Origin: Candidatus Obscuribacteraceae bacterium
GTDB lineage: Bacteria > Cyanobacteriota > Vampirovibrionia > Obscuribacterales > Obscuribacteraceae
Length of the DNA: 64,000 nt
Assembly: GCA_044229845.1 (NCBI GenBank)
Contig: JBGASG010000001.1
Span: 448,001 to 512,000 of the forward strand
Direction of reading: 5' to 3'
The notes under the pieces are model-generated. The model was not told where the DNA came from, made no database searches, and saw only the letters and a list, made by a program, of their open reading frames with translations. Positions 39,456 to 49,432 of this stretch are shown here, piece by piece (positions within the stretch are counted from its first letter, which is position 1; every line of letters begins with the position of its first letter). A program made the translations under genes and the position numbers.

Positions 39456-40673
39456 GTGACGGCTGAGCCCGGCAGAGTTCAATCCGAATTGCAGCAGACA
39501 TTCCGTTCGCTGCGCCACCGCAATTTTCGTCTCTACTTCTTTGGACAGATGGTCTCGCTTTGCGGTACCTGGATGCAGGGCATGGCGCTTTCCTGGCTGG
39601 TCTACAAAATAACCAAGTCGGCCTGGCTTCTGGGCGTCTGTGAGTTTGCCAACCTAGCACCAGTTTTGGTGCTGGCTCTGGCCGGCGGCTGGGTTGCCGA
39701 CCACAAAGACAGGCGCAAAGTGCTGATGTGTGCGCAAGCGGTGGCCATGTTGCAGTCCCTGACTCTGGTTGTGCTCTCGGTGACCAATCAGCTCGAGGTG
39801 TGGCAGATTATTGCACTGGCAGCCGTCATGGGCGTGGTGACTTCCTTCGAGATTCCGTCACGCCAGTCTTTGATCGTTAACATGGTGGACCGCGAAGATT
39901 TCGTGAATGCAATTTCGCTCAACTCGTCGCTGTTCAATGGTACGCGCATCATTGCCCCCGCGGTGGCGGCTGCCATCGTTTCGGCATCTGGTGAGACTGC
40001 TTGTTTTGCCCTCAACGCTCTCAGTTATCTGGCATCTTTGCTGGCGCTTTCGCAGATTAGATTGGCACCGGCGGCGGTGCCCGCCGATACTGAAAAAACC
40101 AGTATTATCGACGGTATCAAGTATGCCTGGCAAACGGAATCTGTGCGGTCACTCCTGCGTCTGACGGCATTCATGAGCTTCTTTGGTGCACAGTTTACTT
40201 TCCTGATGCCTGTGATTGCCAAAGATGTCTTGCATCACGGCGTCGATGGATTTGCCGCTCTGCGTTCATTCGCCGGCATCGGCTCTTTTGTATCGGCGAT
40301 AATTCTTGCCAGTCGCGGTTCCGCCCAGATGCTGAATACGGGCGTCGGCGTAGCCGGTCTCTGTTTCGCGGTAGTGCTGGCGGGCTGGGCATTTTCGGTC
40401 GACTTCTACCAGTCATTGTCTTTAGCCCTTCTACTCGGCTTCTGCATGACGTTTCAGCTGTCAGGTACCCACTCCCTCTTGCAGCTGAACGTGCCCGATC
40501 AGTTGCGGGGCAGGCTGATGGCTGTCTGGACTATGTTCATCATGGGCATGTCGCCCTTCGGCTCGCTCTTGGTCGGTGCGATCACCAACCAGTGTGGACC
40601 GGCGGTTTCGCTGGCCATCTGTGCCGCCTTTTGTTTTATCTCGGCGCTGATTTTCGTAGTCTTGAAACGCTGA
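39456..40673 (+). CDS. MFS transporter
   Basis: F.SLRHRNFRLYF.GQ, GG.VAD..DRR and LRGR motifs; about 12 hydrophobic segments. Confidence 0.93.
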   Translation: MTAEPGRVQSELQQTFRSLRHRNFRLYFFGQMVSLCGTWMQGMALSWLVYKITKSAWLLGVCEFANLAPVLVLALAGGWVADHKDRRKVLMCAQAVAMLQSLTLVVLSVTNQLEVWQIIALAAVMGVVTSFEIPSRQSLIVNMVDREDFVNAISLNSSLFNGTRIIAPAVAAAIVSASGETACFALNALSYLASLLALSQIRLAPAAVPADTEKTSIIDGIKYAWQTESVRSLLRLTAFMSFFGAQFTFLMPVIAKDVLHHGVDGFAALRSFAGIGSFVSAIILASRGSAQMLNTGVGVAGLCFAVVLAGWAFSVDFYQSLSLALLLGFCMTFQLSGTHSLLQLNVPDQLRGRLMAVWTMFIMGMSPFGSLLVGAITNQCGPAVSLAICAAFCFISALIFVVLKR

Positions 40674-40752
40674 AATCTGTTTGCGCGGAAGTGGTCTTTG
40701 AGCTAGGGTATGTACTATCAGGTGATCCTCGCACCGCCCGTGGCTGAAGCGC

Positions 40753-41988
40753 ATGTCTGATAGCAGGACTGACAGCAAAAAGCAAATTGTCACCGCCCTC
40801 ACCACGGTGGTGTTGCCCAGTTGTCTCTTGCTTTCGCTTTTGGCTGCCTTCGGTATCGGAGGGTATTACCTCGGCTGTCGACAAAGCGACGTGGGCGAGT
40901 CAGGTTTGAGACAAACCAGCGCCGGTGGGCAAGATTTGCGGCCGACTACGGCTTCGTTGACGGGCGGTGCTGCTTGCCAGATAAACCTCGGAGAACACAC
41001 GATTGCCGACATAGTCAAGAAAACGGCTCCATCAGTGGTCAGCATCGATGTCTCCGCCGATCAGATGCCGGTGGCAGCCGGCGCTCAAATACCCGGACCC
41101 AATTGTCCCGGGCAAGGTGATTATTTCTACGGCAAAGGCATGAGCCCGCATCGCACTCGTTACGAACACAACAGCAGCGCCTCCGGACTGATTTACAGCA
41201 AGGACGGCTACATCATTACGTGCAGCCACGTGATCAAGGACGCCGACAAAGTGAAAGTGATACTGGCCGACAAGCGGGCATTCAAGGCGCAGGTGGTGGG
41301 ACAGGACTCATACTCCGACATCGCGTTGCTCAAAATAAATGCAGCCGATCTGCCGGCTGCCAAACTCGGCGACAGCGCTCAAGTCAGCCCAGGCGACTGG
41401 GCGATTGCCATCGGCACGCCGATGCGTCTGGAAAATACGGTCAGTCTCGGCATTGTCAGCGCCACCGGGCGCACCATTGACGATCCGGGCGCCCGTGCCG
41501 AGCTGATTCAAACCGACGCCGCCATCAATCCAGGCAATTCCGGTGGTCCTTTGATCAACGTACAGGGTGAAGTAATCGGTGTGGCCACAGCAGTTCAGCG
41601 TTTCGCTCAGAACATCGGATTTGCAGTGCCGACGCGCACGGTGAGAAAAGTCGTAGAACAGCTGAAGAAAAACGGCAAAGTGCAGCGTGCCTTCCTGGGA
41701 ATTCACATGGAGGAGATCGACAGGGCTCTGTACGGTGACGCCGACAAGATTGATCTCACCGATGGTGTTTTGATCACCAATGTCTACGACAAAAGTCCGG
41801 CAGCCCAGGCGCATCTCATTTCAGGCGACATCATCAAGCGCATGGACAACCAGCCTGTCCACAAAGTTGCCGATCTGCGGCGAATTCTCGAACAGCACGT
41901 GCCGGGCGACACCGTGGAGTTTCTTGTCCAGCGCCCTCAGGGCGATGTCGTTTGCAAGGTGGTTGTTTCAGACAATCCCTACCCGTAA
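40753..41988 (+). CDS. HtrA/DegP-family serine protease with PDZ domain
   Basis: TCSHV, DIALLK and QTDAAINPGNSGGPL motifs; C-terminal PDZ. Confidence 0.95.
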   Translation: MSDSRTDSKKQIVTALTTVVLPSCLLLSLLAAFGIGGYYLGCRQSDVGESGLRQTSAGGQDLRPTTASLTGGAACQINLGEHTIADIVKKTAPSVVSIDVSADQMPVAAGAQIPGPNCPGQGDYFYGKGMSPHRTRYEHNSSASGLIYSKDGYIITCSHVIKDADKVKVILADKRAFKAQVVGQDSYSDIALLKINAADLPAAKLGDSAQVSPGDWAIAIGTPMRLENTVSLGIVSATGRTIDDPGARAELIQTDAAINPGNSGGPLINVQGEVIGVATAVQRFAQNIGFAVPTRTVRKVVEQLKKNGKVQRAFLGIHMEEIDRALYGDADKIDLTDGVLITNVYDKSPAAQAHLISGDIIKRMDNQPVHKVADLRRILEQHVPGDTVEFLVQRPQGDVVCKVVVSDNPYP

Positions 41989-42128
41989 TCCCCCCGGTTT
42001 CATTTGCCAAGGTCGTAGAACCACCACCTCCAGATAGTCGCCGGTGGGAATTTCACGATAGGCCTCTTATAGTTCCAATGAAATGATCTGACTCACTAAT
42101 CGCGTATTGTGTCAGGTCGGAATCACAG

Positions 42129-43799
42129 ATGTCGGAAACCCTGTTTGAGCAAGCCAGATCTAACTCCCACAAGAGCTTTCTGGAACGCGAATACGAAGTC
42201 GTCGGCGGCGGTCTGATCGATGGGCTGGGTCGTGCCGGCGGTCAGACGTTGCAGGACATCAAAACTTTCGGTTCGAACTTTGCCAACGATTGGTCGGGCA
42301 CCACCGGTGGTTTCCTCAAAGATCACTGGAGCGAAGCAGCGGTTGGTGCTGCGATTACATTCGCCAATCCCAAAAAATGGGTGACGTCGCTGCTGTTTGC
42401 CTATTCGATGCGCGGATTGCTGACCGATACCGCGCAAGCAGCCTGGCTCGCCGGCTCTTCCGATGCGGATACAGCCCGACTGCGCGCTCAATACGCCAAC
42501 AGCGTCAGCCACGAGGGCACGGCCTTTCTCTCTTCTTTGCCGATGACCATGGCGGGAGGATATGCAGGCAGAGCCGGTGCCGGCATCGCTTTTGGCAAGA
42601 CTCCGGACGGAAAGCCCTTGGGCGCCCTCGACATGCTGTCCGGCAAGGTGACGCCGGCGATGGTGCAGCGCAATATCATGACCAATCTGGTGGACAGGAT
42701 CAGACCGCCGGAGACCAAGCTTTTGATCACCGACATGGACGGCACGGTCGGCAATTTCAGCGGCTACTTCGCTCGCGGTATCGAGAAAGCGATTCCGGAG
42801 CTGGCGTCCAATCCCAAGCTCATGGAAGCAAACATGGCGCTGCCCGAGGCGCAGCGCATTCCGGTGATCGACGGCAAGCTATCAGAAGAATGGCTCTACA
42901 AAGCCATCGGCGGTGTCATGGACCAGCAGCGGTCGCACGACTATCCCTGGTCGGTGGAGCTGGCGGTGGGAGAGAAACTGGGCGTCGGGCAGCCTGGACG
43001 CATGAGCGCCGCGGAGTTTAACAACACAGCGGTGCAACCGTTCTGGGCAACGATGGACAAGGCTCTGGTCGAACACCTCAACCTGTATCCACAGGTGCTC
43101 GAGACTTTGAGTGCCGTCAAGGACCGCGGCATTCCAACGGTAGTCTTAAGTGATGCGCCTGCCTACATTGGACTGCGGCGTTTGACCCACATGGGGTTGG
43201 ATCGCGGCTATGTTGAGCGTTTGTATGCTCTGCACAACTGGGAGGTTCCCATCCTGCCAGACGGCGGCGCCGCGCCCCAGATGGCGCGCGTACATTCCAT
43301 GCTGGACATCGTGAACGGGCTGACCGAGTTCCGAGCCATTCCGAAGTCGTTCGAGAAGCCGCACACCCAAGGCTTCCAGGCTCTAATGGACCAGTACGGT
43401 GTACGCCCGGCGCAGACGCTGATGGTTGGTGACAGCCGCATCAAAGACCTGGGTGTTGCCTACAATGCCGGTGCTCGCGGACTCTGGGCGAGATATGGGC
43501 AGCCGGATGCTTATGCTGAGGCGATTTTGGAGCGCCTGCGACCGTTGCCTGAAGAAGTGCCAACCGGTCCCAAACCGGCCAAGGTTTATCCACCCAGTGC
43601 CGGACCGCCGCTGGAAAATTATGGACAGGTGCTCAATTACCTCAAGCCCAAAGCAGACTGGGGCGAAATTTTGCGCACCGGCGTGCGTCACGGACTGGCA
43701 GTCCGCCCATCGCCGGCTGCGGCGCTCGGTTTCACTATCCATGATCCGCTGATACCGCAGGGGTTGGGCGGGTTCGACAATCCAGAAAAAACTCCCTGA
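42129..43799 (+). CDS. HAD-family hydrolase with a long Gly/Ala-rich hydrophobic N-terminal extension
   Basis: TDMDGT (motif I), VLSD (II), EKP (III) and MVGDS..KD (IV). Confidence 0.85.
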   Translation: MSETLFEQARSNSHKSFLEREYEVVGGGLIDGLGRAGGQTLQDIKTFGSNFANDWSGTTGGFLKDHWSEAAVGAAITFANPKKWVTSLLFAYSMRGLLTDTAQAAWLAGSSDADTARLRAQYANSVSHEGTAFLSSLPMTMAGGYAGRAGAGIAFGKTPDGKPLGALDMLSGKVTPAMVQRNIMTNLVDRIRPPETKLLITDMDGTVGNFSGYFARGIEKAIPELASNPKLMEANMALPEAQRIPVIDGKLSEEWLYKAIGGVMDQQRSHDYPWSVELAVGEKLGVGQPGRMSAAEFNNTAVQPFWATMDKALVEHLNLYPQVLETLSAVKDRGIPTVVLSDAPAYIGLRRLTHMGLDRGYVERLYALHNWEVPILPDGGAAPQMARVHSMLDIVNGLTEFRAIPKSFEKPHTQGFQALMDQYGVRPAQTLMVGDSRIKDLGVAYNAGARGLWARYGQPDAYAEAILERLRPLPEEVPTGPKPAKVYPPSAGPPLENYGQVLNYLKPKADWGEILRTGVRHGLAVRPSPAAALGFTIHDPLIPQGLGGFDNPEKTP

Positions 43800-43941
43800 T
43801 CAAGGGAAAATCGCCCGTTCTGAGTCTGGAAATGGCAGATAAATAGGAAAAAACGGGCAGAATGCCTGAGAAACCGCCTCTACCGGCTTCCCGAGTTTCG
43901 TGGAAAGGCTATGATAGGAAGAGGGGTCCTCTGGAGAGTTC

Positions 43942-45006
43942 ATGAACACTTGCCCTAAGTGTGACACGTCATTGGAGCCATGGCAGGTCACCTGCCATGA
44001 TTGCGGTCGCCCGGTCTCCGCGGAGCGCGTGCCGGTGGTGAGCAGTGTGGTTCCGGCTGCCGCTGAACTGGAAGAGGCTTACGACAACTGGTTCAATCAG
44101 GGCTCGGAAGCGCTTGATGCCGGCAATTTCGAAGAAGCCGCCAACTGCTTGCGTGAAGCCGCCAAACGCAGCCGGGCCTTGCCGGATGCGGACGACAAGG
44201 AGCTGGAGGCCCGCAAAAAGCTGGGCACGGCCCTGGAAAAACTCGGCAAGCTGCCTGAGGCAGCAGACCAGTACCGGATTATCTCTCAAGAGAGCCCGGA
44301 AGGCGAAGTACGAGACTACTGGTTGAAGAAGTCTCAGGACCTGGTGGCCTCGTCGTTCCCTTACGATTCGCTGTTTGCACGCGAAGAATTTCGTGCCCTG
44401 CAAGGCGACGAAGCGAAGGTGGTTCCGCTTTACTGCGCGGGTTGCAAACGATTGCTGGCCGAAGCGGAGGTGTACGCATTTCGTCGTGGTATCACTAACG
44501 ATGTGCGCTGCTGGTGCAAGTTTGATGGTGCACCAATGGCCAAAATGGACGCCAAACATCAACGTGCTGTGGAAGAGTCGCGCAGCGCTATCGGTCAAAG
44601 AGCTCGAGCGATTCAGGTGGCTTCTCAACCGATGCCGGGCGGGCGGCGGCGATCTACGGCTGTCGTCCTGGCCCTATTGCTTGGCTGGATGGGCGGACAC
44701 AAGTTCTATCTGGGCGAGAATATCGCCGGTTCTCTTTACCTTATGTGGTTCTGGACCTCCGTACCTTTGATTCTGTCTCTTTACGAGGCGATGGTGCTCA
44801 GCCAGATGTCGGTCGTGAACTTCAACATGACGTATAATATCGACCTCGTCTTGGCTCAGGTTGAGCCTCCAGAGGAGAGACAGCCGATGACGGATGTCTT
44901 CTCGATGGAGATTACTGCTGACGACCCGGAAGAAACCACCGCGGAAGCAGCGCCGGAGTCGGGCGACGGGCTGGAAGCCAAGCCTGTTTCGGAAGAAACA
45001 AAGTAA
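43942..45006 (+). CDS. Zinc-ribbon + TPR + TM2-domain protein
   Basis: CPKC...CHDC; TPR-like helices; CAGC..CWC; AVVLALLLGWMGGHKFYLG (TM2). Confidence 0.85.
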   Translation: MNTCPKCDTSLEPWQVTCHDCGRPVSAERVPVVSSVVPAAAELEEAYDNWFNQGSEALDAGNFEEAANCLREAAKRSRALPDADDKELEARKKLGTALEKLGKLPEAADQYRIISQESPEGEVRDYWLKKSQDLVASSFPYDSLFAREEFRALQGDEAKVVPLYCAGCKRLLAEAEVYAFRRGITNDVRCWCKFDGAPMAKMDAKHQRAVEESRSAIGQRARAIQVASQPMPGGRRRSTAVVLALLLGWMGGHKFYLGENIAGSLYLMWFWTSVPLILSLYEAMVLSQMSVVNFNMTYNIDLVLAQVEPPEERQPMTDVFSMEITADDPEETTAEAAPESGDGLEAKPVSEETK

Positions 45007-45026
45007 AAGGAACTGCGGAACTCACC

Positions 45027-45353
45027 ATGTCGCTTGCGGATAAAACGTGTGAGCCGTGTCGTGGTGGCACGCCACCACTGACGCGTGAACAAATTGAACC
45101 GATGCTGGACGAACTCAAGGGTTGGACGGTGGAAGCCGGAGACAAGCACTTGAGAAAGTCCATCAAGACAAAAGATTTCCTGGAATCTTTACAGCTGGCC
45201 AACAAGATCGGCGAGGTTGCCGAGCAGCAAGGACACCATCCTGACCTCCTGGTTCGTTGGGGTGAGTTGAACATTGAGCTCTGGACGCATAAAATCGACG
45301 GTCTCAGCGAAGCTGATTTCATACTGGCTGCCAAAATAGATAGATTGAAATGA
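45027..45353 (+). CDS. phhB: Pterin-4a-carbinolamine dehydratase (PCD/PhhB)
   Basis: AE..GHHPD, WTH...GLS..DF.LAAKID and N-terminal CEPC motifs. Confidence 0.93.
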   Translation: MSLADKTCEPCRGGTPPLTREQIEPMLDELKGWTVEAGDKHLRKSIKTKDFLESLQLANKIGEVAEQQGHHPDLLVRWGELNIELWTHKIDGLSEADFILAAKIDRLK

Positions 45354-46510
45354 ACGTAGTCTTTTTAAGTCCGCACTTTCCCCCCAACTTTCAGAACTTC
45401 TGCCAGCGATTGCGCGCTGCCGGAGCGACGGTGCTGGGGCTCGCCGACGCGCACTGGGACTCGATGACGACCGAACTGCAGCACAGTTTGAGCGATTACT
45501 ATCGAGTCAACGACATGCACAACTATGACGAGTTGGTGCGGGCTCTCGGCTGGTTTACGCATAAGTACGGCAAAATCGACCGCATTGACTCTCAAAACGA
45601 ATACTGGCTGGAGACTGAAGCACGGCTGCGCACCGACTTCAACGTTTCTGGCATCAGAATGGATGCCATCGATCGCATTAAGCGCAAGTCTGAGATGAAA
45701 AGCGTTTTCCAGAAGGCCGGTCTGCGGCCGGCTCGTGGACGCGTATGCCGCACCGAGTCGGAGGTGCGCAGCTTCATGGCAGAAGTCGGGTACCCGGTGG
45801 TTGCCAAACCTGATACCGGAGTTGGTGCTGCCACCACTTACAAAATCGCCAATGATCACGATGTGGAGCGCTATTTGCGCGACCGCCCCTCGGGCGATTA
45901 TATCTTCGAGGAGTTCATCAATTCGCAGATTGTCACCTTTGACGGTTTGACAGATGCGCATGGCAATCTGGTGTTCTCGTCGTCCTTGCGCTACAGCAAA
46001 GGTGTCATGGAAGCTGTCAATGAAGACAGCGACATTTACTACTGGTTTGTGCGCCATATAGAGCCGCAGCTCAAGGATGCCGGACTGGCGACTTTGAAAG
46101 CATTTGATGTGCGCGAGCGTTTCTTCCACTTCGAATATTTCATGGACAAAGCCGGAGACATCGTTCCTATGGAAGTGAACATGCGCCCGCCGGGTGGACT
46201 TACCCTGGACATGTTCAATTTTGCCAACGACTTCGACTGCTACAAAATATGGGCGGAGATGCTGGTCACCGGCAAGCAGGACCCATTGCCCTCGCCCAAG
46301 TATCACGTCATGTATGTAGGTCGCAAGGATCACATTTGCTACTCATTGCCGCGTGATGAAATCTTCGAAAAGTACGGCAAGCTGTTGATTCACCACGAAC
46401 GCATTCGCGACGTGTTCTCGTTGGCATTAGGCAACGACGGATTTATTTTGCGACACGCCGAGCTCGAGCCGCTGACCGAAGCCGCCGAAGCTATACAGAA
46501 ACGCGCTTGA
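45350..46510 (+). CDS. ATP-grasp domain protein
   Basis: SPHFP, NEYWLE, KPD.GVGA, FFHFE and EVNMRPPGG motifs. ATGA overlap with PCD. Confidence 0.88.
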   Translation: MNVVFLSPHFPPNFQNFCQRLRAAGATVLGLADAHWDSMTTELQHSLSDYYRVNDMHNYDELVRALGWFTHKYGKIDRIDSQNEYWLETEARLRTDFNVSGIRMDAIDRIKRKSEMKSVFQKAGLRPARGRVCRTESEVRSFMAEVGYPVVAKPDTGVGAATTYKIANDHDVERYLRDRPSGDYIFEEFINSQIVTFDGLTDAHGNLVFSSSLRYSKGVMEAVNEDSDIYYWFVRHIEPQLKDAGLATLKAFDVRERFFHFEYFMDKAGDIVPMEVNMRPPGGLTLDMFNFANDFDCYKIWAEMLVTGKQDPLPSPKYHVMYVGRKDHICYSLPRDEIFEKYGKLLIHHERIRDVFSLALGNDGFILRHAELEPLTEAAEAIQKRA

Positions 46511-46527
46511 TCGAAAAATCGCAAAGT

Positions 46528-46552
46528 AAAACGGCGCTTGCGCGCCGTTTTT
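46528..46552. terminator. Bidirectional intrinsic terminator
   Basis: AAAACGGCGC-TTGC-GCGCCGTTTTT between convergent genes. Confidence 0.8.
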
Positions 46553-46587
46553 CCGAGAGAGAAATTAGAGGACGACCTTGTGACTGG

Positions 46588-48585
46588 TTAAACAGTCGCA
46601 GAGGCTTCGGACAATTCCAGTTCGTATCCGGGTACGGCACCGTTTGTTTTGACGATGACGTCGCGGACTTTTGAAGGCACTCCGCCACCGAGAACCAGAT
46701 CGCGGAAGATAGAGAGCAATTGTGTTGTCGTGAGCAATGACAAGTTTTTGCGCTCGGCGAATTCGACCATCGATGTGCTGTAGTCTTCTTCGTTTCTATC
46801 GATTGGCGGGCGATCGGCCCAGGTCGAGGCAAGCAAGATGCCCTTGGGCTCGTATTCATGAGCGCCCCAGAAATTGATCAGTGATTCGGCAAGGTGAGCC
46901 AGTTCGGCGCGGTTCGGTTGCGCATTGGTCCAGACCAGGCGAACGATGGCTTGCGTCTGTGTGCCGTCCGTCAACCACAGTTCGTCGGAGTTGTTGGGCG
47001 ATGGTTTCACCGACCAGCCAAGGTGACCGAATACTTTGGTGACTGCTCTCACCAGCTCTTCGCCCTGGGCGGAAAGCAATGAGTTCTTCAGATCGTCCAT
47101 CATGCTAATGCGCTCTTGCACATCTTGCATCTTGATCTGGGCAAGACGGACCTGCTCTTGCAGATCTTCGAACTGCTGCCGCAGCGCATCGAGTTCGGCG
47201 AACGAGTACGCTTGGCACCATGCAGGAACGTTCGGTTTGCTGAGTTCTTTTTGCATTTTCTTCATCAGGTCCTTGGCCTGCGGGTGTCCGTTACCTTCAC
47301 TATCGGTTGAGGATGTCGTTGGGGTGGCTCCGTTATCGGAGGTGCTCATTGAGGATCGTTCCCCGTTATCGCTGCCAGATAACTGCGATTTGGAAACAGG
47401 CTCGGAATCGAGCTTGATGGGGTCGAGCTTGATGGGCTCGGGCATTTCGATTTCTTTGCTGACCACCGGTTCTGGCGCAGATGGTATCGGCGGAATTGAA
47501 CTTTCAGCCGGTTTTTCTTCTGCGACTGGTTCCGGTTTGGATTCTTCCTTCGGCTCTTCCTTGGGTTCTTGTTTCGGTTCTTCCTTCGGCTCTTCCTTGG
47601 GCTCTTCCTTGGCGGCGGGAGCTTCTTCCTTGGCTGGCGTTTCGTCTTTCGCCGGTTCTTCCTCGGACTCTTTAGATTCTTCCTTGGCGTTGGTTACCGG
47701 TTGAATTGGTTGCGCTGCCGACCTGTCATCAGAAAAGAGGTTATCGAGGGTGTTGGCAATACTTTTCGAAACTTCTTCCAGTGGAATCTTGTTGACGTCG
47801 ACTTCCTTTTCTTTTTCTTTGGCCGGTGCGGCTGCTGCAGCTGGCTCGGCTGCGGCAGATGAAGAGGAAGAGGCGCCTTCTTCAAGATCAGCCCATTTCT
47901 TCAAGCACTCGGCGAGAGCCAGATCGTGCTTTTCAGCGTAGGGGGCCGGCAAGAATACAACCATGCCGTTCTTGTGTCCAGTCGGCCGAAAAGCCGCGAT
48001 GCATTTATTAGGTCCGGCGGTCGCCAGCGGCACGAAGCCCTCAGTGAGGTTTTCGTTGCGGATAATTGTGCTCCACTCCAGACCGGGTTGCTTCAAATAC
48101 TGCTGGAACACGTGCTGGGCACCGTCAGCGGTGACATCGATCGACTTGCCGCGAATGGTGGCGCTCATATTGCGATGATTGGGTCCCGACGGTTTGTCCG
48201 GAGACAGGTCGCCCAACCAGGAGTAGTTATCCATCGAATCGGACGGGCACTGTACGGTGAACGGCGGGGTCAGAAAGAAGACCAGTAGTCCGCCCTTGCG
48301 AATAAACTGCGCCAGTTCCTGCGTGCGCAGATCCAACTCGGACTGGGTCGACTCGAGAAACTCGTCGTCATCCAACCGCAGAGTAGTAATGCCTTCGTTC
48401 TGCAAATTCTCAACTTTCGTCAGAAGCTCGGACTTGCTTTCAAACAGGTGAGCGATACTGACTGGATTAGCGACGATGACGTCGTACATCGCCAACGGCT
48501 TGGCTTCACCCAGCGGCAGCGTGGACGAAGCACCAAAGCCGGGGCTATTAATCCGTAATACTTTCTCCTCGGACAGCGTGCTCAT
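46588..48585 (-). CDS. Hypothetical protein: N-terminal alpha/beta domain, EEPK-repeat linker, coiled coil, C-terminal degenerate Mrr/PD-(D/E)xK-like domain
   Basis: Start ATG 48585. Contains EEPKEEPKEEPKQEPKEEPK and GEEL..AV...F..LGW...KGILL...FAERK.LSLLTT.QL. Confidence 0.75.
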   Translation of the reverse strand: MSTLSEEKVLRINSPGFGASSTLPLGEAKPLAMYDVIVANPVSIAHLFESKSELLTKVENLQNEGITTLRLDDDEFLESTQSELDLRTQELAQFIRKGGLLVFFLTPPFTVQCPSDSMDNYSWLGDLSPDKPSGPNHRNMSATIRGKSIDVTADGAQHVFQQYLKQPGLEWSTIIRNENLTEGFVPLATAGPNKCIAAFRPTGHKNGMVVFLPAPYAEKHDLALAECLKKWADLEEGASSSSSAAAEPAAAAAPAKEKEKEVDVNKIPLEEVSKSIANTLDNLFSDDRSAAQPIQPVTNAKEESKESEEEPAKDETPAKEEAPAAKEEPKEEPKEEPKQEPKEEPKEESKPEPVAEEKPAESSIPPIPSAPEPVVSKEIEMPEPIKLDPIKLDSEPVSKSQLSGSDNGERSSMSTSDNGATPTTSSTDSEGNGHPQAKDLMKKMQKELSKPNVPAWCQAYSFAELDALRQQFEDLQEQVRLAQIKMQDVQERISMMDDLKNSLLSAQGEELVRAVTKVFGHLGWSVKPSPNNSDELWLTDGTQTQAIVRLVWTNAQPNRAELAHLAESLINFWGAHEYEPKGILLASTWADRPPIDRNEEDYSTSMVEFAERKNLSLLTTTQLLSIFRDLVLGGGVPSKVRDVIVKTNGAVPGYELELSEASATV

Positions 48586-48874
48586 ATCTACCGCCTTTTG
48601 CGTTCTGTGCGTAGTTAGCAGGTTCGAGATCAACCCCAAAAGACTTATACCCATGCCGGACCGCCCTACTTCGGTTTCGGGACAGCGAAAACTTAAATCT
48701 AATAGTTGCCAAGAGATAATTCTGTTGTACGTTTTGAGACTTCCAGGTGACGCTGGTATGCAACGAATATCAGACGCAGTCGGGTTTTGTTGGCAAAAAG
48801 CGAGCGCGGCAACTGCTTGCCGCGCTCTGAAAGTTCGTCGGACCAGAGTCCAACCAGTCTTGTTGGACTGGAGG

Positions 48875-49285
48875 CTAGCTCTCCAGGTCGTCGTTCATGC
48901 TGAACGAGTTTGGACGGAACGGCTTGTCGAAACCGTATTTGAAAGCGTTGCGAGTGCCCCAGTACACGCCTTCAGCGCCGCCGACCACCAGACCGAAGCC
49001 CAGACCGATCGGGGCTGCGAACCAGTTGGGCGGTCCGTGCTCTTTTCCGCCCATCTTGTCGGCGATATCGCCGGTTTTCTGGGCGGAGCGCGTGATTACC
49101 TGACGCACCATAGCGAACGGGATGCCTACTGCCATGCCCGCGCCGATGCCGGCGACCTGGACAGGCAACCAGACGGTTTTCTTGGCCATATCGCCCACGC
49201 CTTCACCGTCGTCGGCCCGGACTGGCAAAATGGCTACTGTGCTTACTAAAACTGCCGCTAGCAATGTTGCGGTTGGTCTTCTCAT
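48875..49285 (-). CDS. Secreted/membrane glycine-zipper-like small protein
   Basis: GGAGG SD; signal peptide ending VRA; GIGAGMAVG and GLGFGLVVGG. Confidence 0.75.
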   Translation of the reverse strand: MRRPTATLLAAVLVSTVAILPVRADDGEGVGDMAKKTVWLPVQVAGIGAGMAVGIPFAMVRQVITRSAQKTGDIADKMGGKEHGPPNWFAAPIGLGFGLVVGGAEGVYWGTRNAFKYGFDKPFRPNSFSMNDDLES

Positions 49286-49432
49286 TGACTTCCTCCAATT
49301 CCTGACCACGCCCCGAAGTGCGGGTTGATTGATTTGCCCGCCGGGTTACACCGAGCGTCATAATAGCACCGCGATCTGTAGATTCATACTCACAGGTTGA
49401 GTAATATGGGCCTCAAGACAAGTGGATGAATC

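Noticed and set aside
47535..47610. 12-bp DNA repeats as a non-coding array
   Set aside because: They encode the EEPK repeats within the 46588-48585 CDS.
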